The notes under the pieces: generated by a model
Database searches by the model: none
What the model saw: the letters and a program-made list of their open reading frames with translations, nothing else
What the model was told of the DNA's origin: nothing
Assembly (NCBI GenBank): GCA_036172245.1
Contig: JAYWIR010000031.1
Span: forward strand, 2,294,001-2,358,000
Source: Raillietiella orientalis
Lineage: Eukaryota
DNA length: 64,000 nucleotides
Direction: 5' to 3'
Made by a program: the position numbers and the translations under genes
Shown here: positions 50,458-63,099 of the stretch, in pieces
Layout of the letters: every line of letters begins with the position of its first letter
Position numbering within the stretch: position 1 is the first letter of the stretch

Positions 50458-50479
50458 ATTTATTTACTTTGAGCTTGCA

Positions 50480-50930
50480 GTGAACTATCTGAGCACGGAA
50501 AGTGGTGGTCAGATATTCAACTCCATCGTATTCAGAGAAAACCTTTTCGAGAAAAGGCACATTTCTAAAAGCAGATCGAGGCAGAAAGAACTGATGGGAT
50601 GCACAACTGAGAATGGTTTCAGAGCTGCAAGTGGATTCGGTGCTGCATTCAACGCACCATCCCGCGGGTGCTTCCACGAGGGCGTAACCTCGTGAAGAAG
50701 AATGAGGAGCCCGTTCGAAAAGCAGTCCCGTTCGAGTTCGTGACGCCGACCGGGAGACTTCGGTTTTTTCGCGTGTACGAATATTCCCTGTATTCAAGGA
50801 AGGAAATCTTTCCGTATTGCACGTTGTTGGACGTGTGCTTGAAATCATCGTTCCACGAAGGCCGTTTACTAAATGTCATAAAGCAACATCCCAAGATCGT
50901 TTCCACACAGGAAACGCTGCCGAAGAACCA
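50480..50930 (+). mobile_element. Degenerate Penelope-like relic
   Basis: NYLSTES...NSIVF...QKELMGCTTENGF (~YL...S.HP..SIV...E...L..NGY), followed by AVPFEFV...RLRFFR (~LPY). Confidence 0.38.
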
Positions 50931-53549
50931 TTAGCGCCGTCCTAAGAACGTGATTCCAGATCTTCTGAAGGTGGAAAGTTAAAAGGGTGCCCTTCTCATC
51001 ATGCATCAAAAGATCGGGAACATTCGAGGGAATCAGAAAACATTGGGAACTTTATGGCAGAATCACTTGCTGAGGTGTGACTGAAGGGAACTGGAAAGAG
51101 GAGTTGCAGGAGGAAGGAGCAGGAGGTTGATGACTTCGGAGCGAGTGACTTTCCTGGACGCTGCAGCCCAAGATACCGCTCATCACGATTTCCGTCGAGA
51201 AATTACGGGATGTCGTCGAGTAGGACGTCTTGGAAATTCGCAGATAGGTTCGCGCACGCACACACACATGGGAGTCCGAACTTCAGTGGCAGTTTGTTCT
51301 GCCAGGAGGGGCAACCCTTCTACTTCAACTGTCACAGTGGTGTTTAGCCCCTCCAGTGGATCCTATTCTCCAGGCACCGCAAAAACTTGATGCTCGAAGC
51401 TGCCATGGGAGGATTCCTCCAAGCTTCATTAAGCGTATTCCATCCATAGAAACGCAGGCTTCCTGGCTAATGAATCGTAGAGAAGCAGTCTTCCCCGTTG
51501 GCTGCTGGAAACACGGTTTCCCGCATGCAGGCGCAATCTGTCTTAGCAGTGAGAGGGCAAGGAAGGTTCAGTAGCAGTGAGGTTCTAGTGGAACCTTCGA
51601 TTCCGAGATGAGGATTCAATGCTAGCAGCAGCTCGCAAAATGATCTGACAGCTGATCAACAGCTATCACATCGGTTCGGATCTCGCCTTTCTTCGGAAGA
51701 GGCGCACCCATGCAATCTTGGAAACAAAGTCAGATGGAAGCCATCCCATTCTGAACACATGTCTCGGTAGCTATCCCAGAACCTTCCCTTCTTCCTGGAT
51801 CCACAGAAATATGAAGTCCAGGTTCTCTCTTTCCGGATGGATTGGCGTCTTGTGTGGAACAGCTCAGTCATAGAACAAAACGACCCGCGTTCACAAACCA
51901 GACTTCACAAACTGCGTTATTTTCGCCGGATCCGCACATGGGCGTGGTTTTTTCTTCTTCAGCAGCTGATGCCTCGAGCAAATCCTTGCGAGCGGCAGCT
52001 TCAAGAAAAATGTCTGGCAGCAATCGAAAGAAATATAGTTTACCAACATCCATGAGGTCGTCCGCACCATTCTTTTTTCTCTGTATGCTTATTCCCACCA
52101 CTTTCGCGTAATTATGCTCATGGGGAAGGATAATTTGCATACGAGTTGACAGCCGCAAGGATTACTGGAAGCGAATACCCAGAGAACGGAGGAGCAATGT
52201 AACTCCAAACGGTGGCAGTACACCATTTGCAGTGTCTCTGGAAAAAAAAAAAAAAACCTCCTTCCCGTCAAAAGAAAGAAAGAAGGAAAGGAAAAAAAAG
52301 GATTCTAATAACAGCTGAAATTAAGAGAAATGATTTCAACAACGCGGTGCGATGATGACAGAAAATGCTTGATGTAATAAAAGCAATGTCTATTTTTGCA
52401 TAGGCAGCTACCTCATGTCTACAAGCACAGGGATAGTTCCAGGGAAAGATTTCTTGCGAAAGCGTCCGTCTCGAAGGCACTCGTTCCTTGGCTTTTTACA
52501 TAGATACAAACATACATACATTGTATATATATATATACACATACAATCGATGGTACCAGCAACGAAGGCCGCAAGATTTGCTGGCAAACACACGGAGTCC
52601 AGGATCGTGCCTCACGGAATCCCCTCCCCTCATCGCGGCCCGGTTTGAAAAACGGAAAAGGGAAGAGGAAACGGGGGGGATGGTGGTGGCGGCAAACGCA
52701 TCGGTTTTGAGATGGAACGGGATCCTGTTTTGTCGACGGGTCCGCCGTGTTCAGAATTCGTCGGTGGCGTTTCAGAATGTTCCGAGGATGCCGGGAGGGG
52801 GAGCAGATCGCACGCAAAATCATTTGTAGTCGTGAAAGTTGTTCAGGTATCCTGCCAAACAAAGTTGCATGTAGTCTGGTTCGCGTAAAGTAATAAATAC
52901 TTCACTACAGCACAAATAATTATTTATGCATAGTCGGGAGCTCTCCATTTGGTGACTATGCGTACGTCACTCCATATCGTATTGTGTCTGCAATGTTTCT
53001 GAGCTCGCTGCCAGACAAAAGCAACACTTCTTCAAAGGAGGCAGCGAGATCAGAACAACTCGCTGCCTTCTTTCTGTTCTGCTGCGGAAGCAGCTCTGTG
53101 ACTTTGCTCCTTTTATTCCTCTACGGTATTCGTATATCGGAATATTTCTCTTCAACCAATTTGCTCTTGAGCTGTTCTGTCTTTTGAAACCTTGCACCTG
53201 GATCCAAATGTCATAGGTGCTTTGGAACCCCTGAAGAAAAAAAAAAGTGAAAGTTTCGCAGGGGCAGAAAAAAAAAAACAAAAAACTCTTGAAAACGCCG
53301 CTGCACTTCTCTACTTATCAAAGGAGCTTCTGTTTACTTGAGGAGAGAAACAGAAAGGCACGGAAAAGAAAATCTTCCGTTTGCTAGCGGAAATCCAACA
53401 AGTTCTCCGAGGCCTTCTTTCTCTTCCCCTTTCGTCTACGCCATAATGTCCTCTTTTGGAATTTGTCCATCTTGAAAGACAATCCGTTTAAAGAGTAGCT
53501 CCTCTACAGAAAACCGTAGAAGGAAAGTACAGGCCTAAAGGCCTACATT

Positions 53550-54300
53550 TACAAGGGAGTGGTCATCCAAGGAGCTACTTCATGAAAGCAGCATCCTTGA
53601 GAGGAAAATGCGGTGTGAAGGCTTCTTGCATATTTACCAGATAAAACGGTATTGGAGGAACTTGTCAAAGGACATTCAGAACTTTTTAGTGAAATCTTCC
53701 CAAAGGAGGTTCCCCGCTGCATACGGGACTGAGTTTTGTTAGCGACAAGAACACATCTGTACACTGTAGTGCATGTTTGTCTCGTTTCGTTGATGATGGA
53801 TTGTGAAGAAGTTTCGAATACGCTGTCAACAACGTGCCCCTCGAACTCTGTGTACAGAACACCTTCTCTTGGAAAGTTCGACAAACCACCCACAGCTGCT
53901 CGTGCCTACCGAGACTTGCAGCTGTGTGCACACCTAACACCCCGTGTCGGGGCACTCTCCAAACTGTCTGCTACTGCACTCGAAGTAAAGGTGTCGCCGT
54001 GGCAGCTCCGCTTTCCGGTTTCACCATCTACGCACAGTGAGCTCTGACCATTTGGGTTCAAAGGAGCCGAACGCTCTCGGAAGAACACCAGCATGCCAGC
54101 GAGTCAAAGAAAAGTGCGCGAAGGGGAAGCACAAGGTGCATTCGCGAAACATACCAGTCAGGCCGTCCGGCAACCAGACAGTGGTTACTATGGTCGGTTG
54201 AGAACGCACTCGTGCTCCTTGAGAAAATGGGCACATTTGGGGTGTTCCTGCCATTGATCGAAAGTGATGTCGGCGGCCGAGCATGAGAGCATGAGGACGC
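53550..54300 (+). mobile_element. Degenerate CR1/Jockey-like LINE RT relic
   Basis: AYLPDKTV...GHS...EVP (~SYL..R...V.G..S...GVPQ), SRFVDDGL (~FADD), YRDLQL (~RDLGV), EAQGAFAKH...YYGRLRTHSCSL (~E.VQR.FTK...Y..RL..L.L.SL). Confidence 0.45.
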
Positions 54301-54732
54301 AAAGTGTTAAGTGTTTGAGGAGGGATGGGTTTCCATCACCATTTCACGGATGCGCACTTAAGACACCGGAGGTGTGGGAGAGCGATCTCCGCATGGGACC
54401 ACGGCGGAGGAAAGGTGCGCGGTAAGCACTCTTCCCAAGGGACCTGGGTTCTTGCCCTCCGCAACCACCTCCGCAACCTCCGTAGGTGGGGTGAACCCAG
54501 GAATTCGAAGATCCAGACCACGGAGGCGGAGTGGGACAGAGAGATGGGGGCTCCTCTCTTTCCCTCTGCGCCCAATGGTGGGCGAAGAGTTTCCGTCGTC
54601 AGAATCGCCTTGGAAAATACGCGTCGGTTCTGCTGGGCGCCAGCAGAACTTTCGACGCAGAAAGGGGTTCGGATGCGTCGTCTTCCTGCAGTCTCTCTTC
54701 CATCGTTCTGGCGTTTGGGGGGGTCTTTCAAA

Positions 54733-55344
54733 CGTAACCGGGGATAAGGAGGGATGCCGTCAACGATGCAGTATGCTGGAGGAGAGGGTTCGTCCTGCTG
54801 AGTACAGGATGAGAAGGGGACAAGAGGTTTTGGTCTGCGTAATCTACAGTCCGCGCGTGATACTAAGAGCTGCGGGTTCGAATCCCCTCGTGGGGAATCG
54901 TCCCCCTCGAGAAATGGGTGCTTCGCGGGCTCTGGTTAGTATGTCGCTGATTGGACGGCAGGCTTCGGGTGCGACACTGGAGGAATCCGGGAACCGGATG
55001 TCTCCCCGTTGATTGACCGGGACTGGGAGTTGACCCTCCGGGGTCCTTCTAGGAATCTAGGAGCCGGTTCCCTTCGGGGTTCCCTCATCTGCTTGTAAAA
55101 ATAGAGCCGTGCCATGAAGCTGGTCGGTTGATACCCCCCTCGAGGGTTGCCTCTCCAGAGTGTCAGAAGCGCACTGCTCCCTTCGGTGAGCAACCTTTCG
55201 GGGTTTTCTTCAGAGGGGTAACGGGGAGCGGTTACCCTGCGGTTTCCCTCCAGAGAATGGAAATACGAATGTAACCGGGAATAATAAGGGACCCCGTCAA
55301 CGATGCACATGCCGGAGAAGAGACTCCGCCCTGCTGAGAGCAGG
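54733..55344 (+). repeat. Interspersed repeat family copy C (5' half) followed by a second 5' head
   Basis: Perfect B-box GGGTTCGAATCCC at 54874-54886; body homologous to copies A and B. A ~75-bp imperfect direct repeat (.GTAACCGGG...CCGTCAACGATGCA...CCTGCTGAG..CAGG) lies at 54733-54808 and 55270-55344. Confidence 0.8.
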
Positions 55345-55359
55345 TGAACTCACTCACAC

Positions 55360-56500
55360 GCTTACCGCCTGGCGTCGTCGTTCACCGTGGAAACCTACTG
55401 GCGGACGAAGCGATTCGGAAGTCTAGCGTAAGGCGGTAGGCTAGCCCAAGACCTCTCCTGGAGGCCCCATTTTCAGTGGCGGGAAGAGAGCGTGAAGTGG
55501 ACGTCGGTTTATTGGCGACGGAGGTCGAAGAAGCTGTGTTTTCCGACGTTTCTTTTGCCGAAGAAGCTTCCCGGGAGCCGCTGAGGAGGAACGGTGGAAG
55601 GGAGACAAGCAGACCTCGCTGGGAATCTCATTTTCCTTCCTCCTTGTTCCTCGGCGCACCCTTCGAGGGCTTCGATCCTAGGTCGACCCTTTTCGAATCT
55701 GAGAGCTGCGATTGCTTGGGTTCCTCAAGTGCAATCCTTGGCGGGGGGAGGAGGAGGAAAAAGGGGGACGTAAACTTTCGGAGTGAGGGCCTCACATGGA
55801 GGGGTGCAGAAGGAGGAGCTCTAGGTTTCCCAGCGGAGCAAGGAGCATGAGCCCAGAGAAGAAAGGGGACTTCCAGGCAGCTCTTTCGGTTGGAGGTGAT
55901 CACAAGTGAATGCGTGTCAACTGTGCCTCCCGACGAAATGGGATCACGGCGTAGGACGCATGGAGCGACGCCCTTCCCACTCCCGAGCCACGGAACTCTG
56001 GTAGGATCTCCTAGGTCCCCGTTTCTCCCCAGTCCTGCGGTCCTGGAAGCAGCGGCCGCGCTGCCCCCTCGACGGTGCCCGGGGTGCCCTCGGCAATCCA
56101 TAGTTTCTTCACTCACCGTCTGCAGACGGGTGGCGGGGGAGTTGCGCGGGAAACATCCAAACGCGGCTCCGGGTGGCGGCCGACCTCCCCGGCACACCCG
56201 CCTCGGAGCGGGCAGCATCCGTCCCTCTTGCCCTTTTCTCGGGAGAGACAGACTCCACGGAACCTTTACCCTTTCTCCCCTCCACCATGGGCATCCCGGA
56301 CGTGCCTGCTGAACAGCTCGTGCTCGAGAGGCGCAGCGGTCCTGAGGGAGGGCCGCAGGTCCCACACGTGCGCTGCCGGCATCAGGATGGCACCTTGGCT
56401 CCCTCAGGCCGCGCCCGTTTCGCCGAGAGGCTCTCTAGGCGTCTCCAGCGAGGATCCGGGCCAAGCATGAAGGAGGCAGACAGGAATTCAACCGATTCCC
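55360..56500 (+). mobile_element. Degenerate Penelope-like relic
   Basis: FTVE, TSVYWR (~TSVYRK), SSAHPSRASI...LRA, QSIVSSLTVC...RETSKR (~VVY..TC...GET.R), REAL*...PSMK (~EAL.I...PSMN). Confidence 0.45.
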
Positions 56501-56564
56501 CTCGGATCGGAGCCAGGGCGTCTGCAGTCCCTACGCCATCCCTAAGTCCTTGGTTTCTCCTTTC

Positions 56565-57830
56565 TTTAACGCGTTCTACTCCACCCGAGGGTGAGTGCAA
56601 CTCTTTCAGTTATAGGGAGTAACTCTTAAGAGGAGGAGAGGGAGAAAAGGAGTGAAGGAGAAGAGGAAAGGAGGATGAGGAAGAGGAAAAGGAAAAACAG
56701 AGGAGAGGAGAGCAGAAGAGGAGAAGTGAAAGAAAAAAGGAGAAGAGGAGGAGGGAAATAAGGAGGTGGAAAAGAGGAGTGGAAGAGGAGGAGGGACCAC
56801 CTTATGAATCTAGGAAGGGCTCCGAAGGAAAGAGTCCCTTGCTCTTTCTCTTATGAGAGACTCCGAAGGGAATCCTCGCACTGGTTGTCTCCGAAGGAAA
56901 CCCCGAAAGGAACCTCCTCTCTCTTATTCTCTCAGAAGGGAGCCACACCATTGTTTCTCTTCCAAAGGGAACCTAAGAAGGATCTGCTCCCCCCGGATTT
57001 CTTGCTCGGAGGGCACCCGCAAGGGAACCGCTCCTTGTTGGTGCTCCTCTAAAGAGAGCCTCGAAGGGACGCTTCCCAATTTCCCTGAAGGGCACTACCC
57101 GAAGGGAGCAGCGCTATCGGCCAGCTCGTGGCACGAGGCGGTTCCTCCGCTCGGGGACTCTGGCAAGCTCGAACGGGTCGCCGAGTTGCCGTCGCCCCGG
57201 AAACTTCCTCCGAAGGCGTCGGATGTCCCCTGCGTGCTCTGGGACGCGAAGGACACCGCTTTGGTTCCTCCCCTTCTGGTTTCGGCGTTCGGGCACCAGA
57301 AGGGACTCTTCCCGCCGTCCCGAAGGCCCGGGATCGGAACTCCGCGGAACTCTGCTCTGCGGGTCTAGCGACTGCCCTCTTTCATCTCAACACGCCGCTG
57401 TCTCCCCTCCCTTCCCAAAAGTCGCCAGAGATTGCTGACGATCGTTTCCCGCCTTCCAGGGAATTTCGTTCCCGGCAGACGCTCGAGCACACGTGCACAA
57501 ATCGACCGCTCGAGCCGTCTCGGAGAGGAGAGCAGAGGAGGAGCGGCTGGACGCCAAGCGATCGCCGGAGATGGCGCGCGTCCGCGGCTCCAGGGACAGA
57601 GAAGGAGATGGCGAAACTTCCTCCATCGCCCCAGGAAACCACGCGATGCGGGAAACTTGCCGGCTGTAGGGAACGAGAGGCGCTCTCATGCACTGGGATG
57701 GAATCGAAGACCCCCTGCACCGATCCCGCCCTCTGGGTGGGACGGAACCCACCCCAATCCGTCCTCAGTGGCGGCGGCTTCCGTCCCCGGAAAGCGGGAT
57801 CGTGCGCACGCGCCGGAAGGACACCCCCAC
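56565..57830 (-). repeat. Interspersed repeat family copy D (reverse orientation, interrupted)
   Basis: Reverse complement of 56795-57115 aligns with the tandem-unit body of copies A and B. 56565-56620 aligns with the 3' end of B (GGGTGG.GT.GAAC.GCGT.AAAGA). 57690-57830 carries a decayed head (GGGTTCCGTCCCACCCAGA). Interrupted by a purine tract (56630-56795) and an unrelated insert (~57120-57690). Confidence 0.72.
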
Positions 57831-58149
57831 GGGGGAGGCATGCCCTTCCCTCCCCTCCCCATCCCCCAGGCAAATGAGGGGTGGGGATGGACTTTCGAGC
57901 AGGGAAGCTCGCTCCCCGAGAAGACGCGGTCCCTCGGACCTCTCCCTCCCGCCGCCGCATCCAGCTTCAAGAGGGGCGGGACTGGGTGATACCCACCGCT
58001 CTTCGCCCTGGATCCTCCCGCCCGCCGTTTAGCTGACGTCGCACGGAGGCTGCGACCTGCCCCGCTGCGCCTCCGACCGCCTCAGGGCAGGTTTTTTTCT
58101 TGCATCCTTATGACAAGGACCCGCGAACAGTTTCCTCACCCTCCTCACT

Positions 58150-58700
58150 CTCTCCCTTGCTCTCCCCCTTCCACTTACGTCACAGACGTCACGGGGTGCT
58201 CCTGGATCCGCAGTTGCTCCCGGCCGCCCAGAGCGATTCCCTGCTGGATGGCGAGGCTCCACAGACACACGGGCAAGAAGATGCGGAGGAGGCAGAGCAT
58301 CCGGAAGGAGTGCGGCGAGCGCGGATCGAGGGAGGCTGGAGAGCTCCCCCTCCTGCTCCTGCTTCTCTTCCCTTCCCTCCCAGGGGAGTCGGTCTGCAGA
58401 CGACGGCGCTCGCAGCCTCCCTCCGAGTTCGATCCCGCCGAGAGGGGAGGAAGGCAGGCTCGCCCTCGCCCGGACGCGGCTGCGGGAGACGTAGGCATGC
58501 GTCGCCGAGCAGCCGGAGTCAGACGCCGCCCTACCGACTCTGCACCTCGTTATCAACCTCGGATCAAGTTCACCGGTGGACCGCCGCCCCGCCAAGGCTG
58601 CGCTCCAGCAGGCTGGACCGCGCCAAGGTCGTGGTAGCGAGCGACCCAGAGCGAAGTCCTACCTCCCTTCCGTATGCTCCCGGGGCGAAAGTCGGGCCCT
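58150..58700 (+). mobile_element. Degenerate Penelope-like relic
   Basis: SCSRPPRAIPCWMARLHRH...IRKECGERGS (~S.HP...AIP.S..RL.RIC...F..RGY), later AKVVVAS (~P.VAF). Confidence 0.35.
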
Positions 58701-61700
58701 GCCTTGCTGTCCAACAGGTCGCCCGCCGTAACTTCCTCCTCCCCCTCCCCTTCCTCTCCCTCTTCTTTTTGTTTTTTTGTTTTTCTTTTTTTCTGGGGAA
58801 CGGGCGAGGGGGGATGCTCCCCTCCCCCTTTCCCCATCTCTTTGATCTTCCCTGAGGGTCTCGTTCGTGCGGCCCTCAGGGCAGGATATCCGGGACGGAG
58901 GAGGGGCGTCGTTCCTTTCGTAGGAGGGCTACCTACCCCACTGCGCCCCGTCGGAGGGCAAAGGGAAGAGGGAAGGGCGCTACCCTCCCTGAGACGGGGC
59001 AGCCACCCCGAGGGAGCCTTCAGGTGCCCTCCGAGCGGCTACTTCGCCACTCCGGTCGCAGACGGTGAGGGAAGAAACCTCGGCTTCCCGAGGGCGCCTC
59101 GAGCACAATCGATAGGGAGCGCGAGCGCCGCCGCCAGAGGGTGAAAAGGCTACCTCCGCGCTGACAGGGGGATGCCCGGAGCAAGAAGGTCAGCGCTCGC
59201 CCGCAGGGTTGCGCAAAGCACTCCGGCGACCAACAGGAGCGTGCGAAGAGCTGGACCTCTGCAAAGGAAAAGCGAGAGAGGTGGAGAGGTGGATCCCTCT
59301 CGTGTGGTCAGTTGACCGAGGTGAAAGCCGTGGGGCGGGAGCAGAGAATTTCGCCCATTTGCGCAAAACCAGAAAAGGTGCGCGCTCCTAGGGTTTCCGC
59401 TGGAGGAGGGGAAGGGGAGGTTACCGTTGCCCAAGCAACCCTCTGCAGGGAGAGGGGGGAGGGTAAGAGGGAAAGGAGAGAGGGAGGGCAGACCAACTCC
59501 CTCGTCCTTGGAAAAATCTCCCCTGCCGAAGGGGAGTGTTGCCCTACGAGGAGTGCGCTCAAGGGAAGAGAGAAGCGTGGTCCACTCCTTCGACTTTTGC
59601 GCGAGTGCAGAAGGGAAAAGGAGAGAAGTGAAGGAGAGGAATAGGAGGAGGAAAGGAGAGGAAGAGGAGGGGGAGATGATGAATGGAGGAGGAAGGGACG
59701 ATCAAGCGGTTTCTCTGGGCTGCTGCTGCGGGAGAGTCCCGCTTGCCTCTCTGTCTCTCCTCCCTTGCCCATGTGCGCGCGAGGCGGGCAGAGGAGGGAA
59801 TCCTCCCGCGTCCGCTCTTGGGACGTGTGAGGCGCGCTGGGAGCCACGGGAGGCGAAGATTCGGAATGATGGTGGGGCACCCCCGGCGTCCTGCTCTCCT
59901 ACCCATATTTATCGAGAGGCGGCCCCAGACCTTCCAGCGAGAGGAGCAGGAGTGGGAAGGGGAGGGGAGTTGTGGGATCGGGAGGAAAGATGAATTCGCT
60001 CCCGAGAGGACGGAAGAGAGAAGCTGGTCGCGTTCCTCCCGGGTAGCGCTGTCCTTGCTTCCCCTCATTTCAGGTCACCGCTCCCCCTGCACCGGAGACG
60101 GGAGCACCCAGCAGCGGTCGTCTAGAGGCTCGTCTCGGCGGCCCTTCCTCCGCTTCTTGCAATGGCGCTCACACAGACACGCCTGGGGAAGGGGAGGGGG
60201 GGCTTCCTGAGAGGGACATCTCGCCACTCGCAAGCTTCCGACTCAGCCCACGTGAGGCTTTCGCTCACTCGCTCGAGCCCGCGTGGAGCTGAGCAACAGG
60301 AGCAGGGGGGGGGAAGAAAGTGAAAGGCTCTCGCGCGCGTGAGTCACCGGCGCTTTTCCCCGTCCTTGAGAGACACCCAGGTGGGAGAAGTGACTCCGTC
60401 GTCGCCAAAAAGGGGGGGGAGGGAGAGAAATCTCCTGCGGGCCTCCGCGGTTCGCGTGGCCGTCCCCGGACAGCGCGGCCAGGAACAGGCCGAGAAAGGA
60501 GAGGGGAGGGGAGAGTGATGCGGGAAGTGCCCTCGTGAGGAGTCCCCGTTCTACCCGGTTTCGCACGGGACCCCTCAGCCTTTCTTCTGAGCGGCCAAGC
60601 GACGACTCCGCGGAGGATGCGGTCCCCGCGGAAACGGCGATGGCGACGAGGAGGAAGGAGGATGAGGGGCTGAGAGTGGGTCACGAGGGCTCCTCGCTGC
60701 CCGAAGGGCGAGAAGCAGGCCGGGAGAGGCATTCCCTCTTCCGGGACTGGAGGGCGAGAGAGACGCATTGCCCTCCCTTCAGGACGACATCCCGCCACGC
60801 GAGAGCTGAGAGGGTCTCCCTGCTTTCCCATTTCCCCGCAGGTTCGAGGACTGAGAAGGGAACTGAAGACCGAATGAGAAGCACCCCCGTGGTTCTTCAA
60901 GAGTCCACAGGGGGGCGCGCGTTGCTGGCGGGCAGGGGAGTCTCTGAGGAAAGGGTGGATTGGGAGGAGTCTCGAGCCCTGGGCAGAAGCTCCAGAAGAT
61001 TCCCTTCTGGAGAGCGACGGGGCAGCAGTGGGGAAGGCTGTTCCCTTTCTTCCCTCACTTTCCGACCCCCAGGGCTCACCGGGGGCGAGAGGTCCCCAGA
61101 GATTGATGAAGAGGGGGGGAAGAAGTACCCAATGCACCTTCAAGGCAGCGGCGGACGTCTTGGAATGTTTACCAGGAGGAGAGGGGGGAACCCGCAAGGT
61201 TCCCGTTCCTCTCCCTCCCATCCCGGGGGCGCATGCGCCCCCGAGAGAAGCGGTGCACTCCCTTTTCTTTTTGTCCCCGGACCCGCAAAAGCCTCTAGCC
61301 GTCTCACGGGGGGCAATGAGCTCTGGAAGGGAGGGGGCTGTCCGCGCCACCCCCGATCGTCTCGTGCGCCACTCCCCTCGGAAAAGCGTTCTAGCGTCCT
61401 GGAATTTCTGGTAGCAACCCTGCGGCCACACACCCTCAATCCCTTCGAGCTTTTCCCACAAACGGGGAGATGGGCGCACCCGCTCGCCCATTGATGCTGC
61501 CGGGGGAAGCGCCCAGGAGATCCCAGAGGCTGCAGCGGAGAAAGGGGAAGGGGGTAGTGAGGAGAGGCAGACGGAAGGCGAACAAGCGGCAGAGTCGTCC
61601 CCCGAGGGACCCGGGAGAGCGCGACGAGTTCTGTTATCTCCCTCTGCTATTAGGGGCGCCTCCTTCCGCTTCCCCTCTCGCGAGCGCTCCGCGCGTCCCG

Positions 61701-63099
61701 AAGGACGGTGGAGAAGGGATCAGGTTCAGGGGCGAAGAGAAGTAGGCGGACAAAAGATAGAAAGGTCTGGCTCCAGAGCTTCTCTTCCTCCTCCCCTCTC
61801 CTTCCTTCCTCTCGCCAGGAGCGCAGAGCATCTCCTCTCCATCTCCTCTCCCTCCGCAGCCAGGGATGCAGTGGGGGGGAGGAGGCAGAGTTGCCCAAGC
61901 GCCCCCTCCCTCCTTTCGAAGGAGAGTGCAGTTCCCTCTGCCTTATCGAACTGGGGCCCGGGAGGAAAGGCCTTTTCCCGGGATGGCTGAGCGACCCGGA
62001 CTCCTTTGGAGGAGGCAGAGGGAAAGAGTCTCTCCCCTGCAATCGTAGGTAGGCTGAGGGCGCCTCCTTTCTAAGAATCCGGGTGTCCTCCTGGATTGGG
62101 GGGTAAGGAGGAAGGGGGAGGACGAGGGCGCTCGCGCGCGGGACGAAAGGGGAGCAGCGCTGTTGAGAAAGAGGCGGAAGGCTGCCCCCCGAGCGCACCC
62201 TCTGACTCCTGGGACGAGCAGCCTCGTGACCTCAGACGGTGCGGACGGATCCTTCGAGAGCCGGCGGAAGGTGCAGTCCTTGCCTCAGGCCTCGAGTGGC
62301 CGGAAGCTACGCTTTCCCCTTCGGCACAGCTTTCGGGAGTCCTGAGGGCTCCAGACGTCCTTCGCAGGCACCGTCGACCGACCGCAGGACGATGGCTCAG
62401 CAATGCGTACCTTCGTTCGGCGAAGGAACATCGGACGGGAGGCAGCATCTCGCCAAGCAGGCCCCGGAGGGAACGAGTCTATCCCGTGCCCGTTCGCTAG
62501 GCTGCTGCGAGGAGTGGAGGCGCGTGCAGCGGCGGTCCTCCCGAGCCTGGACGGCGCTCATCGTAGGAGCGAATGCACAGGAAGCAGGCGAGCGGCGCAA
62601 TGCCAACGGTTGTCTCGTGGACCAGCAGCTCTGGGCCGTACTTGCGGTGTGGACCCAGACGAAGCGTCCACGGCAACACGGGAAAGTCTCCTTCCTTTTG
62701 TCGACGACAGGGAGGAGAGCCCCGACGCGACCCCATCTGCAAGGCCAAGGGAAAGAGAGAAGCAGCTCCCAGCAGATGCCGAGGATGCGAGGGAGCTCCC
62801 CTCCCTCCTCCTCTGAGGATGGGGATATCTGCGCTGCTCCCCCTGACGCAATCGTGATGCTGCTTTCTATCCATCTTTCTTTTTGTGCGTGCGGGTTTCC
62901 CCAGCTCCTCTTGCTGCCAAGGCAACCGGTTTTCCAGCGGGAAATTCCCGCTGTGAATCGCCTCCGGATGTGGCGGGACCAAACGTCCTGCTTGGACTTT
63001 CCCTTCACAGCGCGTGTTCACTGCGGCCCGTTTGCCGGAAAGCGCCTCGGAGCAGTCGGACGCGAAGCCCCTCCGGGAATGATGGAGAGATCGCGCCCG

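Noticed and set aside
54850..54895. tRNA gene suggested by GGGTTCGAATCCC
   Set aside because: No acceptor stem, D-arm or clear A-box could be folded; the motif belongs to the repeat family. The same applies to 3550-3562 and 5677-5689.
55508..55525. TTGGCGACGGAGG as a Gypsy primer-binding site (also TGGCGACGAGG at ~60641)
   Set aside because: Not preceded by an LTR end (...CA); the first lies within the TSVYWR reading of a Penelope-like relic.
56612..56632. GGGAGTAACTCTTAAG resembling the 28S rRNA R2 target region
   Set aside because: Short partial match lacking the central ATGACTCT, with no flanking rRNA similarity.
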